NCBI RefSeq assembly: GCF_001194135.2 | Contig: NC_068994.1 | Location: forward strand, 34,473,430 to 34,507,005 | Length of the DNA: 33,576 bases | Reading direction: 5' to 3' | From: Octopus bimaculoides | Taxonomy: Eukaryota | In this document: in pieces, positions 1 through 10,630 of the stretch | Layout of the letters: each line of letters opens with the position of its first letter | Position numbering within the stretch: the first letter of the stretch is position 1 | The notes under the pieces: model-generated | Told to the model about the DNA's origin: nothing | Databases searched by the model: none | Seen by the model: only the letters and a program-made list of their open reading frames with translations | Made by a program: the position numbers and the translations under genes

Positions 1-35
<35 letters not shown>

Positions 36-53
36 GCACCCACTACACTCTCT

Positions 54-205
54 GAGTGGTTGGCGTTAGGAAGGGCATCCAGCTGTAGAAACTCTGCCAA
101 ATTAGACTGGAGCCTGGTGTTGCCATCCGGTTTCACCAGTCCTCAGTCAAATCGTCCAACCCATGCTAGTATTGGAAAGCGGACGTTAAACGATGATGAT
201 GATAT
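54..205 (+). mobile_element. RTE-LINE-type 3' tail (variant 1), 5'-truncated
   Basis: GGTTGGCGTTAGGAAGGGCATCCAGC motif and terminus CCAACCCATGCTAG..GGACGTTAAACGATGATGATGAT; same tail is attached to an RTE coding remnant at 5672-6073. Confidence 0.75.
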
Positions 206-302
206 AAGTATATATACATACATACATATATATACATATATATGTACATATATGTATACACATATATATGCATATACACATATATGTGTTAAACCTTCCA
301 AA

Positions 303-352
303 TTAGTGCCCCAGCATGGTCGTTGCCTAATGACTAAAAGGAGTAAAAAGTA
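303..352 (+). mobile_element. SINE-A 3' tail fragment
   Basis: GTGCCCCAGCATGGTCGTTGCCTAATGACTAAAAGGAGTAAAAAG resembles the SINE-A terminus at 1718-1770. Confidence 0.55.
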
Positions 353-1200
353 GAAACTATAAACATTGCCTGCACTCATCGTGATTTTTTCTTATGCCAT
401 AGATATTATGTAATTCCTTTTCTTTTGATGAAAGTTTACTCAATCAGGGCAAACCTGGGGTTAAACAACATTAGCATAAGATGTGAATAACAATTTGTTA
501 CTAAAGTGCATGCCATACTTTTGTTTTGTTTTTTGTATGGAGAGAAGAAAATTGAGGTTAAGTAATGTTTATGCTTTTTCTCAAGAATATTATTATTGTG
601 AAAATAAATAAATTAGCAACAAAGCATTGAAACTAGATTAGGTTAGCACTTGGTTCACATAGAACTTGACTTTAAATCTATATCAATACAATATTATAGA
701 TTGCTTCAATGAATCAATCAATCACTCATTCAATCAATCAATACCACTATTACTTTCCTACTGTTGGACAAAGTCCCACTCTGTATTTCTTCATAAGATT
801 TGATTTTGAATTTCTGATCTCCAAATTTTTAATCAAATCTAAACAATTCATGTCGCTATCTTATTTGTTGTTATTTTGATTATTTTATGTTCATTTTTTT
901 TTTTGCAAGGGAAAGTGGTAGTTAGAGGTGTAACTAGACTGTGTGCCACCAGGGGGCAGCCTATTAGTTTGCCACCCCGTCTCACCCCTAGGGAGGTATA
1001 AACCTATGCAGACTTATACAACACATCCTAAAAATGCTTCCCTCTTACATGCATCACCAAAGGCAGACCTTTTCCAACCTAATCACACTCCTTTCCGGCT
1101 ACACAGGAAGTGGAAGTTTCCCAGAGTCTCGTTTGTTACCTGTTTCATTCCCATCTGCCTGTTATCTGTCCCCTGGTTCTCTCAATATGCTTCACACCAT

Positions 1201-1862
1201 CAGTTCTCTTCTCAAGCAGGGTCAACATGCCCCTTGGCATTCCATATAAGATTTTGCTGTTAAAGTTTATGTGCAATAAATTACTCATACTTCTACAATA
1301 TACAAAATGTTTTAATATTTTTACACATTTCCTAATAATATTTAATTACAAAAATGCAGTAGGCGCAGGAGTGGCTGTGTGGTAAGTAGCTTGCTTACCA
1401 ACCACATGGTTCCGAGTTCAGTCCCACTGCGTGGCACCTTGGGCAAGTGTCTTCTACTATAGTCTCGGGCCGACCAAAGCCTTGTGAGTGGATTTGGTAG
1501 ACGGAAACAGAAAGAAGCCCGTTGTATATATGTATATTTATATATGTATGTATGTGTGTTTGTGTGTCTGTGTTTGTCCCCCCACCGTCGCTTGACAACC
1601 GATGCTGGTGTGTTTACGTCTCTGTAACTTAGCAGTTTGGCAAAAACAGACCGATAGAATAAGAATTAGGCTTATTACAAAGAATAAGTCCTGGGGTCGA
1701 TTTGCTCGACTAAAGGCGGTGCTCCAGCATGGCCACAGTCAAATGACTGAAACAAGTAAAAGAGTAAAAAGAAAGAGTAGGCATTGAATGGCTATGGAGG
1801 TCTAGAAGAGTAAATTAAGAATTAAATGGGTCCATAAGCAAAAAAATGGCTGAGAAATGCAA
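1201..1862. mobile_element. hAT (Charlie/MER5-like TIR) MITE interrupted by a SINE-A
   Basis: 1201-1364 and 1783-1862 align to the left and right halves of the MITE at 2536-2718 (CAGGGTC..CATATAAGATTTT; AATGGCTATG.AGGTC..AAAAAA.GG.TGAGAA). Confidence 0.65.
1362..1775 (+). mobile_element. SINE-A full length (tRNA-like head, CORE-like domain, internal TA/TG microsatellite, 3' tail)
   Basis: Head GGCGCAGGAGTGGCTGTGTGGTAAG..GAGTTCAGTCCC (A/B-box-like), CCTTGGGCAAGTGTCTTCT core, tail hairpin CAGTCA-AA-TGACTG, TSD AGTAGGC at 1358-1364 and 1776-1782; many homologous copies in window. Confidence 0.9.
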
Positions 1863-2144
1863 CTCTACACAATATCATTTTAATAATTCAATAAGTTATA
1901 AATTTGACAATGTTGTCTAGTTTTGTTTGTTTTTCAAATTAATTTCATTGTCTCTATGGTTTGTCTATGTTAATTCAAGTATATGTCTTTCTTATACAGA
2001 CTGAAAGCCTTATAATTAGAAAGGAGAGAACATGAGATTCTGTGATGCTCATGCATTATTCTTACCATGACATTGAGAGGCACTTCTTGCATAATATTGA
2101 GAGTAAGTCAAATAATAATTTCTTTTACCTTGTACTACATTGGA

Positions 2145-2310
2145 GAGGCGTAGTTCAATGAATCAACCTCAGTTTATTACTGGTATTAATTATACTAATC
2201 TCCATAATGATAAAAAGTAAAGCTAACCTCAGTGGGGTTTGAAAACACAGTATTTAGTCTAAAGTTATACTGCATCTGTGAGCTGATACTTTGAGCTAAT
2301 AGCTGGTGCT
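2145..2310 (-). mobile_element. SINE-B, highly degenerate
   Basis: ACTGGTATTAATTAT..AAAAGTAAAGCTAACCTCAGTGGGGTTTGAA matches the reverse strand of SINE-B. Confidence 0.5.
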
Positions 2311-2535
2311 TTAAACCTTTAGCTTTCAGATTATTAAATTTGATGCTTTTTGAATCACACTGTTTTGAGGTAATCATGCTTTATGTTGTAGCTTTAAGAT
2401 TTTGATGATGTGGCTGCTTATTTTTAGAATGAAATTGTAGAGTAGGTGTTAGAGGCTGAATCTAGCCAGTTTTAACATAAAACGAGTAGAATACTTGGAC
2501 CAGATATAGCCAGTTTAATTATGAAAGGGTTAAAT

Positions 2536-2718
2536 CTGTGGTTCTCAACCAGGGTCCCTATGAACCTTCGAGGTTCATATAAGATTTTTTATATAATTCC
2601 TAAAAATATTATAGAAATACAACAGGAGTTTTTTAAACATCAAATGGCTATGAAGGTCCAGTAGAGCAAAATAGGCATCAGAGGGGTCCCTTGGTAAAAA
2701 AACGGTTGAGAATCTCTG
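2536..2718. mobile_element. hAT MITE, 183 bp
   Basis: Imperfect TIRs CTGTGGTTCTCAACC (2536) / GGTTGAGAATCTCTG (2718), matching the CAGTGGTTCTCAA type; flanks GGTTAAAT / TTTAAATG are a possible decayed TSD. Confidence 0.75.
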
Positions 2719-2780
2719 TTTAAATGACTTCTTTATCTCTTAGATACAACAGCCAAATCTCCCACAGGAAATATGCTTTG

Positions 2781-2934
2781 GATTGGCTGTGCAGTTAAGA
2801 AGTTTGATTCCCAACCATATGGTCTCAAGTTTTGTTCCACTGCATGGTGCCTTGAGCAAGTGTCTTCTACACAAGCATCAATCTGACCACAGATTTCTGA
2901 GTGCATGTGGTTGACAGAAACTGAAGGAAGCATG

Positions 2935-2975
<41 letters not shown>
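2781..2975 (+). mobile_element. SINE-A 5' half ending in (TG)n
   Basis: TGGCTGTGCAGTTAAGAAG..GCCTTGAGCAAGTGTCTTCTAC..GACAGAAACTGAAGGAAGC then (TG)n. Confidence 0.8.
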
Positions 2976-2977
<2 letters not shown>

Positions 2978-3125
2978 ACTTTAAATTGCATCCAGGAGTG
3001 GAACCCTGGTAGAAGAGTTCCAGGATTTTGAGAAGTGTGGAACCACCTCTTATCCACTATTGTTTCCAGATCTACTCCAATTCAGAGTAATTGCACCTGC
3101 TAGGGTCCTAGCTATGGGTTAACTA
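2976..3125 (+). repeat. Probable degenerate interspersed repeat of unknown class
   Basis: AAATTGCATC..GAAGTGTGGAACCACC..GCACCTGCTAGGGTCCTAGCTATGGGT resembles a common octopus repeat as recalled; single copy here, so not verifiable internally. Confidence 0.35.
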
Positions 3126-3414
3126 GCATGTGAACTACTGAGAGTGAAGGACTCTTAGTTCTCATAAGAACTTCCTTCAAAGAGAAGGTATAAAAAACTT
3201 GATGTGCAGTTGATTTCTGGTCATCTCAATCTCTGTTGTGCCACTAGTGTTATAGCTGATTGCACTGAAAAGTGGGTTCAGTACTGTGCAGCACTTTACC
3301 TACTCAAAACAAATTCATTCACTTGTATTACTTGGACTCTTGGAACATTTGCATGGATTTACTGACTTTAGAAAGTGGTCTTACTTGGTCATAAGTTGAC
3401 TTCCACCAAGTATA

Positions 3415-3781
3415 TCTTTATCTTTTACTTGTTTCAGTCATTAGACTGTGGCCATGCTGGGAGCACCACCTTGAAGAATTTATTGTTGAATGAGTCAACC
3501 CCAGCACTTATTTCTTTTTGTTTAAGTCTGGTACTCATTCTATCAGTCTCTTTTACCAAACCACTAAATTAAGATGTCAACAGACGAACACTGGTTGACA
3601 AGTGATGGTGGTGGGGACAAACACACATTTGCGCACATGCATATGATAGGCTTCTTTCAGTTGTGGTCTATCAAATCCTTTCAGAAAGCTCTGGTCAGTC
3701 TATGGTTCGAAGTGCCATGCAGTGGAACTGAGCCCAAAGCCATGTGGTTCAGAAGCAAACTTCATACTATACAGCTATGCC
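3415..3781 (-). mobile_element. SINE-A near full length
   Basis: TTTTACTTGTTTCAGTCATTAGACTGTGGCCATGCTGG tail and GCCATGCAGTGGAACTGAGCCC..CCATGTGG head in reverse. Confidence 0.85.
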
Positions 3782-3844
3782 TACACATACGCATGTGCAT
3801 GCGCGTGCGCGCACACACACACACACACACACACATCTTATTTA

Positions 3845-4120
3845 TTGTTTAACATTTGTCTTTCACGGGTTGGGCGGTTAGACAGGAGCTGGCAAGCCAG
3901 AGGACTGTACCAAGCTCCACTGTCTGTTTTGGCATGGTTTTTACATCTGGATACTCTTCCTAATGCCAACCATGTTACAAAGTGGAACAGTTGCTTTTCG
4001 CACGGTAACAGTACTGGCAAGGTCAGTTTAGGCATGGTTTTTACGGCTGGATGCTCTTCCTAATGCCATCCACTTTACAGAGTGGATCAGGTGCCTTTTA
4101 TATGGCACCAGCACCAGCGA
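3845..4120 (-). mobile_element. RTE-type 3' tail (variant 1) with internal duplication
   Basis: TTT(T/A)GGCATGGTTTTTAC..CTGGAT.CTCTTCCTAATGCCA.CCA.. occurs twice (about 3926-3985 and 4027-4090); homologous to 5672-5880. Confidence 0.7.
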
Positions 4121-4139
4121 GACCAGCACCCCATGTGTG

Positions 4140-4380
4140 TGTGCATTAGTGTCTCCTTGGTATCACTTGATAGCTGTAAATGAGTGCCACCATCATATAA
4201 GTGGTGTCATTCATTTCCAATCTTCTGTGAAAAGTTGTCCCATTCATGGCAAAATATTACCTTACTGGAAAACAGGTGAGGGTTAGTGATATGAGGGGTA
4301 TCTGGACATAGGAAATCTGCTTCAGTGAATCCCATCCATACCATGCAGGCATAGAAAAAGGGACATTAAAATTATAATGA
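4140..4380 (+). mobile_element. RTE-type 3' tail (variant 2)
   Basis: AATATTACCTTACTGGAAAACAGGTGAGGGTTAGTGA..AAATCTGCTTCA..CCATGCAGGCATAGAAAAAGGGACATTAAAATTATAATGA; homologous to 24620-24835 and 32200-32450. Confidence 0.7.
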
Positions 4381-4464
4381 ATGAAAATAAGACAATGCTA
4401 ATCAAAGTTGACATTGAGATGAACAATGAAACGACTGCTATTTAAAAAACATGTACTATATATG

Positions 4465-4501
<37 letters not shown>

Positions 4502-4639
4502 ATGCATGTGTGTGTCTCTCATAGTCCAAAAAATACAATTCTGCAATTTCTTACTGAAATTTGTTTATAGAGAGTAAATGTATGTGCTGTACATTTGCTC
4601 ACTCATTCCATTAAATCAACCTTTCTTGAACTGGTGCAC

Positions 4640-4790
4640 TGAGCATTACCTATCAAAGTCATAGCAGAACAACATGAGATGAAGAGTTTTGCTCAAAAAC
4701 ACAACACACCACCTGGTCCAGAAGTTGAAACCATGATCTCTCACTCATGAGTGCAACAACTTAACCACTAAGTTGCATGCCCTCACCATA
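4640..4790 (-). mobile_element. CORE-type tRNA-derived SINE of a different family (head and core)
   Basis: GTTTTGCTCAAAAACACAAC..GTTGAAACCATGATC..GAGTGCAACAACTTAACCACTAAG is a reverse tRNA head plus CORE-like motif. Confidence 0.55.
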
Positions 4791-4990
4791 TACTGCAAAT
4801 GTCCATGAATATTACATATCTTGATTTTAAGGCCTAAATCTTGTTTTGAAAAGCCTTTACTCAGTATTTATACAATAAGTCAATAATCCACTGCAATCCA
4901 ATATATTAGTTTTTAATATCTCATTTTATATCTAAAATATATTGATATATAATGAAAAATTATCTTAAAAATGATAAAGGTTTATTATAG

Positions 4991-5122
4991 TACCATATTT
5001 TTCTTAATAAACGTGGGTGGGAAAAAATGTGTAGCCTAATGCTATATATAATGTGCACCCTTGATTTTAATATTGATTTTTGTGAAAATAAGTGTACATA
5101 TCGCACATGGAGCTTTATGGTA
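4991..5122. mobile_element. Tc1/mariner (pogo/Tigger-like) MITE relic
   Basis: TA|CCATATTTTTC ... GCTTTATGG|TA ends with TA flanks; internal TATAATGTGCACCCTTGATTTT and AAAATAAGTGTACATAT resemble pogo-type MITE subterminal motifs. Confidence 0.45.
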
Positions 5123-5199
5123 TCATTATTGATTTTTCTCACATGGTTACTATGTGACAAATTGGTAGAGTCACAGGGTGAAGGGGCTGGAGGAGAGAT

Positions 5200-5345
5200 G
5201 TAAGTGCAGTTGTGTAGTTAAGAAGCTTGCTTCTCAATCATGTGGTCTTAGGTTCAGCCCCACTGCACAGCACTTTGGTCAAGTGTCTTTTGATATAGCA
5301 CCAGGCTGACCAAAGCCTTGTTAGTGAATCTCAAAGAAGCCTGTT
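5200..5345 (+). mobile_element. SINE-A 5' half
   Basis: GCAGTTGTGTAGTTAAGAAGCTTGCTTC..CTTTGGTCAAGTGTCTT..GACCAAAGCCTTG. Confidence 0.75.
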
Positions 5346-5382
5346 GAATCTATTTATCTATCTGTCTGTCTGTCTATCTATG

Positions 5383-5560
5383 CACAGGTGTTTTTGTGTG
5401 GTAAGAGTTTTGCTTCCCAACTACATAGCTCTGGGCTCAGTCTTACTGTGTGGCACCTTGAGCAGGTGTCATCTCCTATAGCCTCAGACTGACCAAAGCC
5501 TTGTGAGTGGATTTGGTAGATGGAAGCTGAAAGAAGACCATCATGTATGTGTGTGTGTGT
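5383..5560 (+). mobile_element. SINE-A 5' half, tandem to the previous copy
   Basis: GCACAGGTGTTTTTGTGTGGTAAGA..CACCTTGAGCAGGTGTC..GACCAAAGCCTTGTGAGTGGATTTGGTAGATGGAAGCTGAAAGAAG then (TG)n. Confidence 0.8.
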
Positions 5561-5671
5561 TAATAACAACAATTAGATGCATTATACTTTTACTCTTTCT
5601 CTGAATCAGTCATTGGATTACAACCATGTTGATTTGAAGGGTTTTAGTTGATTCAATTAACTTTAGCTCTA

Positions 5672-6073
5672 GTCATCATCATCATCATTTAATGTCCGTT
5701 TTCCATGCTGGCATGGGTTGGATGGTTTGACAGGAGCTGGCCAGCTGACGAGCTGCCTAGGTTCCATGTCTGTTTTGGCATGGTTTCCGTGGCTAGATGC
5801 CCTTCCTAACATCAACCACTTTACAGAGTGCTGGGTGCTTTCATGTGGCATTGGTACAGGTGCTTTTCATGTGGCACCAGGGCCAACAAGCCCACAAGAT
5901 TTGGAATGCTTAGCTGCAGAGGGATGCAAGGGACATACTTATATGTGAGGACAACCATACTTTTACTTAGCTTGACATGTCTTCTCAAGCACAGCAAACT
6001 GCCAAGAGTCTTGATCCACTGTTATCCCCTCTGTGAGGCCCAATCTCTGAAGATCCTTTCTCACCGCTTCATC
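5672..6073 (-). mobile_element. 5'-truncated RTE-clade LINE: C-terminal ORF remnant plus 3' UTR with (GAT)n tail
   Basis: Minus strand 6073-5963 translates DEAVRKDLQRLGLTEGITVDQDSWQFAVLEKTCQAK-stop, like the RTE terminal W..V..DL..LGL......D...W motif; 3' UTR ends CCATGCCAGCATGGAAAACGGACATTAAATGATGATGATG. Confidence 0.8.
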
Positions 6074-6084
6074 TATCAAACTTT

Positions 6085-6355
6085 AACTTATAGGACGTAA
6101 AAACTGGTTTTCAAGCAGGGAGAAACAAAACACAAAGACATACACACACACTCACACACACATATTTGTATACATTTATATGATGAGTTTCCACACAGTT
6201 TCCATCTTCCAGATTTACTCAGAAAGAATTGATCAGGTTGGAAGATACAGAAAGAAGAATCTTGCCCAAGGTACTCCAGAGTGAGGCTGAATTCAAAATT
6301 TACGGGGTTTCAGTTTCTGTAGCAAGGCAAAGTCATCAATCACAGCATCATGCCC
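6085..6355 (-). mobile_element. SINE-A, degenerate
   Basis: CAGTTTCCATCTTCCAGATTTACTCA..TCTTGCCCAAGGTAC in reverse orientation with internal (CA)n. Confidence 0.65.
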
Positions 6356-6361
6356 TCTCTG

Positions 6362-6582
6362 ATTTATCTTTTACTTGTTTCAGTCATTCGACTGTGGCCA
6401 TGCTGGGGCACCATCTCAAAGGGTTTTAGTCTAAAAAAATCAACACCAGTACATATGCTTCATAAAGTCTGGTACTTGTTCTATCAGTCTTTTGCTGAAT
6501 GACTAAGTTATAAAGACATAAACAAACCAGCACCAGCTGTCAAGTGATGCGGGGCAAGAACACACAAACATACACGCACACA

Positions 6583-6623
<41 letters not shown>

Positions 6624-6800
6624 ACACACAGATGTGCAGCAGGCTTTCACACAGTTTCTGCCTACCATATTCACTCAGAAGGCATTGGTCCGCTCAAGGC
6701 TGTAGTAGAAGACACTTACTCAAGGTACCACACAGTGGGATAGAACCCAGAACTACACAGTTACAAGGCAAGAATCTTAACTACACTGCCATGCCTATGC
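6362..6800 (-). mobile_element. SINE-A full length
   Basis: TTTTACTTGTTTCAGTCATTCGACTGTGGCCATGCTGG, internal (CA)n, GAAGACACTTACTCAAGGTACCACACAGTGGGATAGAACCC. Confidence 0.85.
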
Positions 6801-7239
6801 CTTTTCTTTTCTCTCTCTCATTTTACAGCACCAAAAAAATAAAAAATAAAAAGATTACCTATGTAGGATTTGAAAACACAACATAGTGATTCACAGTAAA
6901 ATTACTGACAGGTATCACTTAAATCTCGTACTTTACAATCTTAGCTGTCTCCACTGCCCCAATAGCTAAGCTATCATAATTACCAAAAGCTGTCTGTCTA
7001 AAGAACTGATTGTCTACATAGAAGCAGTTTCATGCATTTCACTGACTGAATGATTTCTCTATGGGGCGGTGGAGTAGAATAAGACTGTGAAAAAATAGTT
7101 CTTAACCGATAATTGTGAAACAGGTAGGTGGTTGAGTGCACCGTTGTCTACACGTGCATGTGTGTGTGTGTTCTTGTGAGGTTGTGAATGAAGTACTGTA
7201 GAGCTTTCAGCGTTGCTGTATCATGTTAGTTTAGCTGAC

Positions 7240-7440
7240 AATATGTATGTGTGTAGGTATATATGTGTGAGTGTATATATATATATGTGTGTATATATAT
7301 CTGCATATATGTGTGTATATATATCTATATATATGTGTGTATGTATGTGTATATAGGGTGTGTATGTATGTGTATTTACATGTGTATATATGTTTGTGTG
7401 TGTGTATAAATATTAGTGTGTACATGTATATATGTGTATG

Positions 7441-7518
<78 letters not shown>

Positions 7519-7609
7519 NNNNNNNNNNNNNNNNNNNNNNNNATATATAGTTCAAATTTACAGAAAGCAAGAGGAAGACAGGTGTAGGAACAAAAGGTGT
7601 ATTTTTCAC

Positions 7610-7695
<86 letters not shown>

Positions 7696-7800
7696 CATGT
7701 ATATCGTGTGTGTGTTTGTATTTGTGAGTATGAGTGTCAATATTTATTACTTGAAATTTTATGAATATATGTGATATATATACATAGATACATGCTCTCT
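7240..7800. repeat. Compound (TA)n/(TG)n microsatellite with assembly gap 7519-7542
   Basis: Direct reading. Confidence 0.95.
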
Positions 7801-7920
7801 ATGTGTACATGATTGACCTATATACATCCGTAAACATACACCTATGTCATTGTACTGCTGTGCCTGAAAGTGTATATGTTTATGAGTGAGTGTGTAAATT
7901 ATGTTATATACATAAATATT

Positions 7921-8137
7921 CTTTTCTACTCTAGACAAAAGGCCTGAAATTTTTTGTTTGGGGGGGACCAGTCACTTAGATTGACCTTAGTATGCAACTG
8001 GTACTTAATTTATCGACCCTGAAAGGATGAAAGGCAAGGTCGACCTCGGTGGAATTTGAACTTAGAACGTAAAGATAAATGAAATACCATTAATCATTTC
8101 ACCCAAGGTGCTAACGTTTCTGCCAGCTCACCACCTT
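7921..8137 (-). mobile_element. SINE-B full length (tRNA-like head, Nin/Deu-like domain)
   Basis: Reverse of AAGGTGGTGAGCTGGCAGAAACGTTAGC..AGTTCAAATTCC..GAGGTCGACCTTGCCTTTCATCCTTTCAGGGTCGATAAATTAAGTACCAG. Confidence 0.9.
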
Positions 8138-8249
8138 TATATATATAAATATTACTTCTTCACATCAAACCAAAGAAAAGTGTATATGTTGCCAAATGTA
8201 ACAAATTAAGGAGAACTTCGGTATTGGAAAAAGATACAAGAAATAAAAA

Positions 8250-8511
8250 TTGTGCGTGCGTGCGTGTGTGTGTGTGTGTGTGTGTGTGAGAAAGAGAGAG
8301 AGAGCGTGTGTGTGTGTATGCATATACATTCAGATATGTATGTGTGTATATATAGTGTATATATGTATATGTGTGTATATACATTTAGATATGTATGTGT
8401 ATGTATATATATATATATACACACATTCTTACATGTATATGTGTGTGTGTGTGTATATATATATGTATATACATTTATATATGTATGTGTGTGTGTATGT
8501 ATATATATGTA

Positions 8512-8582
<71 letters not shown>

Positions 8583-8635
8583 TTATATATATACGTATAT
8601 ATGTGTGTGTGTGTATATATATATATTTATATATA
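8250..8635. repeat. Compound (TG)n/(GA)n/(TA)n microsatellite
   Basis: Direct reading. Confidence 0.95.
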
Positions 8636-8716
8636 GTTGTGCTGATTTTAGCTGTCTATATGAACATGTTCAAACCACTTAGAACAAAAAATATCTCAAA
8701 AGTGTTACATCTTATT

Positions 8717-8830
8717 ATCATCATCAATATTTTTGTTCATTTATCCATGATGTGACGAAGCTTGATGGGTTTTCTGAGGTAGAATCTTGCAGCTGGATGC
8801 TTACGCATCCTCTTACAAACTCTCTATACA
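8717..8830 (-). mobile_element. RTE-type 3' tail, degenerate
   Basis: TCATCATCAAT..TTATCCATG..TGAGGTAGAATCTTGCAGCTGGATGC resembles the reverse of variant 2 tail. Confidence 0.5.
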
Positions 8831-9221
8831 CCCCTTACAATATACAGCGGGGTAATTTGAAACATCAATACTTGGGATATATACTCACTCACGCACACAA
8901 ATGTTTATATCCATTATCATTAAAGTCAATGAAGCTAGCAAAATTAATTTTTATTGGGTCAAACTCATTGTTTTAATGCACCATATTGGTACTAAGACCT
9001 AACACAATTTTTTGTTGTCAAATCATTTTTCCATGACATGTAACGCCATCATCTCTCTATCTCTCTATGCACACACACACACACATGTGCATGCACACAC
9101 GCACATACATGTACACACACACACTTACACGCACGCACATGCACAGACACACAAGCACGTACACACATACACACACACACACAAGCACGTACACACATAC
9201 ACACACACACACACACACACA

Positions 9222-9600
9222 TAGCTTGTTTCAGTCATTGGATAGTGGTCAGGCTGGGGCACTAACTTGAAGGGTTTAGTTGAATGAATCGAACTCAGTG
9301 CTTATTTGTTTTAAGCCTGCTACTTATTCTATGGATCTTTTTCACCAAGCTACTATATTCTGGAGACATAAACAAACCAACATCGGTTGTCAAGTGGTAG
9401 TGGGAAGAACAGACGCTGATGCACACACATACATATATAGATATCTACAATGGACTTCTTTCAGTTTCTGCCCAACAAATCCACTCACAAGGGCTTGATC
9501 AGTCTAGGTCTATTGTGGAAGACACCAGCGAAAGTTGCCACGCAGTGGAACTGAATTGAGAACCATGTAGTTGGAAAGCAAACTTCTTACCACACTGCCA
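9222..9600 (-). mobile_element. SINE-A near full length
   Basis: CTTGTTTCAGTCATTGGATAGTGG..CGGTTGTCAAG..AATCCACTCACAAGGGCTT..GCCACGCAGTGGAACTGAA..CTTCTTACCACACTGCCA. Confidence 0.85.
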
Positions 9601-9754
9601 TATCAATGATCTATTTTCTTTTCAACTAAAGAGTAAAGGAGTACTCAATACAAGATGAGGAGTATATAATTTGTTTAATGAAAACTTTGTCTTAGAACTT
9701 AGATTTGCAGTGGCATAAAACTAGAATCACAAGACAAAAAATGATCATATATAC

Positions 9755-9806
9755 ATATGACGGGCTTCCTTCAGTTTCCGTTTACCTAATTCACTTACAA
9801 GGCTTT

Positions 9807-9810
<4 letters not shown>
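9755..9810 (-). mobile_element. SINE-A internal fragment
   Basis: GACGGGCTTCCTTCAGTTTCCGTTTACCTAATTCACTTACAAGGCTTTG. Confidence 0.7.
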
Positions 9811-9856
<46 letters not shown>

Positions 9857-10245
9857 TTTATATCTGAGTTGATATATGAGTTACGTGTATATGCATATGT
9901 ATATGTATGCATGTTTGTACACATATCTTCATATATATACACACATATTCATATGTATGCATGCATATGTGTGTGTATACATAGGTTTTCATACATATGC
10001 ATACAAAGCTATATACACATATACATACACATACACACACGTACACATGCATGCATACATGCCTGCACTAATGTGTTTGTGTGTGTGCATGATACTTTTC
10101 TCTCTACCGCATATAACTTAAGAAGTATTTGGTCAATGTGAGGCTAAGTTATAAAAGATATTTGCCCAAGGAGCTGCATGCTTTGTATTGAAGCTATACC
10201 AAAAACATACTTTCTGCGCCAACATTTTATCCACACAGTCATGTC

Positions 10246-10307
<62 letters not shown>

Positions 10308-10471
10308 GTAGTAGTAATAATACATGTATTATTGGTCATCATATATGTGTTTAAGTTGTCTACTCTGCAAATCAAAAGCAACACTCAATGCATTTTGAAG
10401 TCAGTGCATGATATTTTATATTACAAAGATTACTGAGAACTTAGAAGATACTGTATCTGCAGGGCAGCATA

Positions 10472-10630
10472 TAGGCAGCAAATTGACAGTTGTTAGAGCA
10501 TCAGATAGAATGTTGTACAATAGTCATTTTAACTCTCTAGACTCAGTGTTCAAATCACACTGAAGTCAACTTTGCCTTTTATCTTTCCCAGGTCCAATAA
10601 AGAATACTGTTCCAGGACTAGGGCTGATTT
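10472..10630 (+). mobile_element. SINE-B, degenerate
   Basis: AGGCAGCAAATTGACAGTTGTTAGAGC..GTGTTCAAATCACACTGAAGTCAACTTTGCCTTTTATCTTTCC. Confidence 0.65.

Noticed and set aside
919-995. Possible MITE end (AGAGGTGTAACTAG..GCCACCAGGGGGC..TTTGCCACCCC)
   Set aside because: No matching opposite terminus or second copy could be established in the window.
943-1263. 106-aa plus ORF
   Set aside because: GTG start, no recognisable domain, and it runs into the hAT MITE.
1362-1440. tRNA genes
   Set aside because: A/B-box-like motifs here and in SINE-B are SINE heads; they continue into SINE bodies and no cloverleaf is evident.
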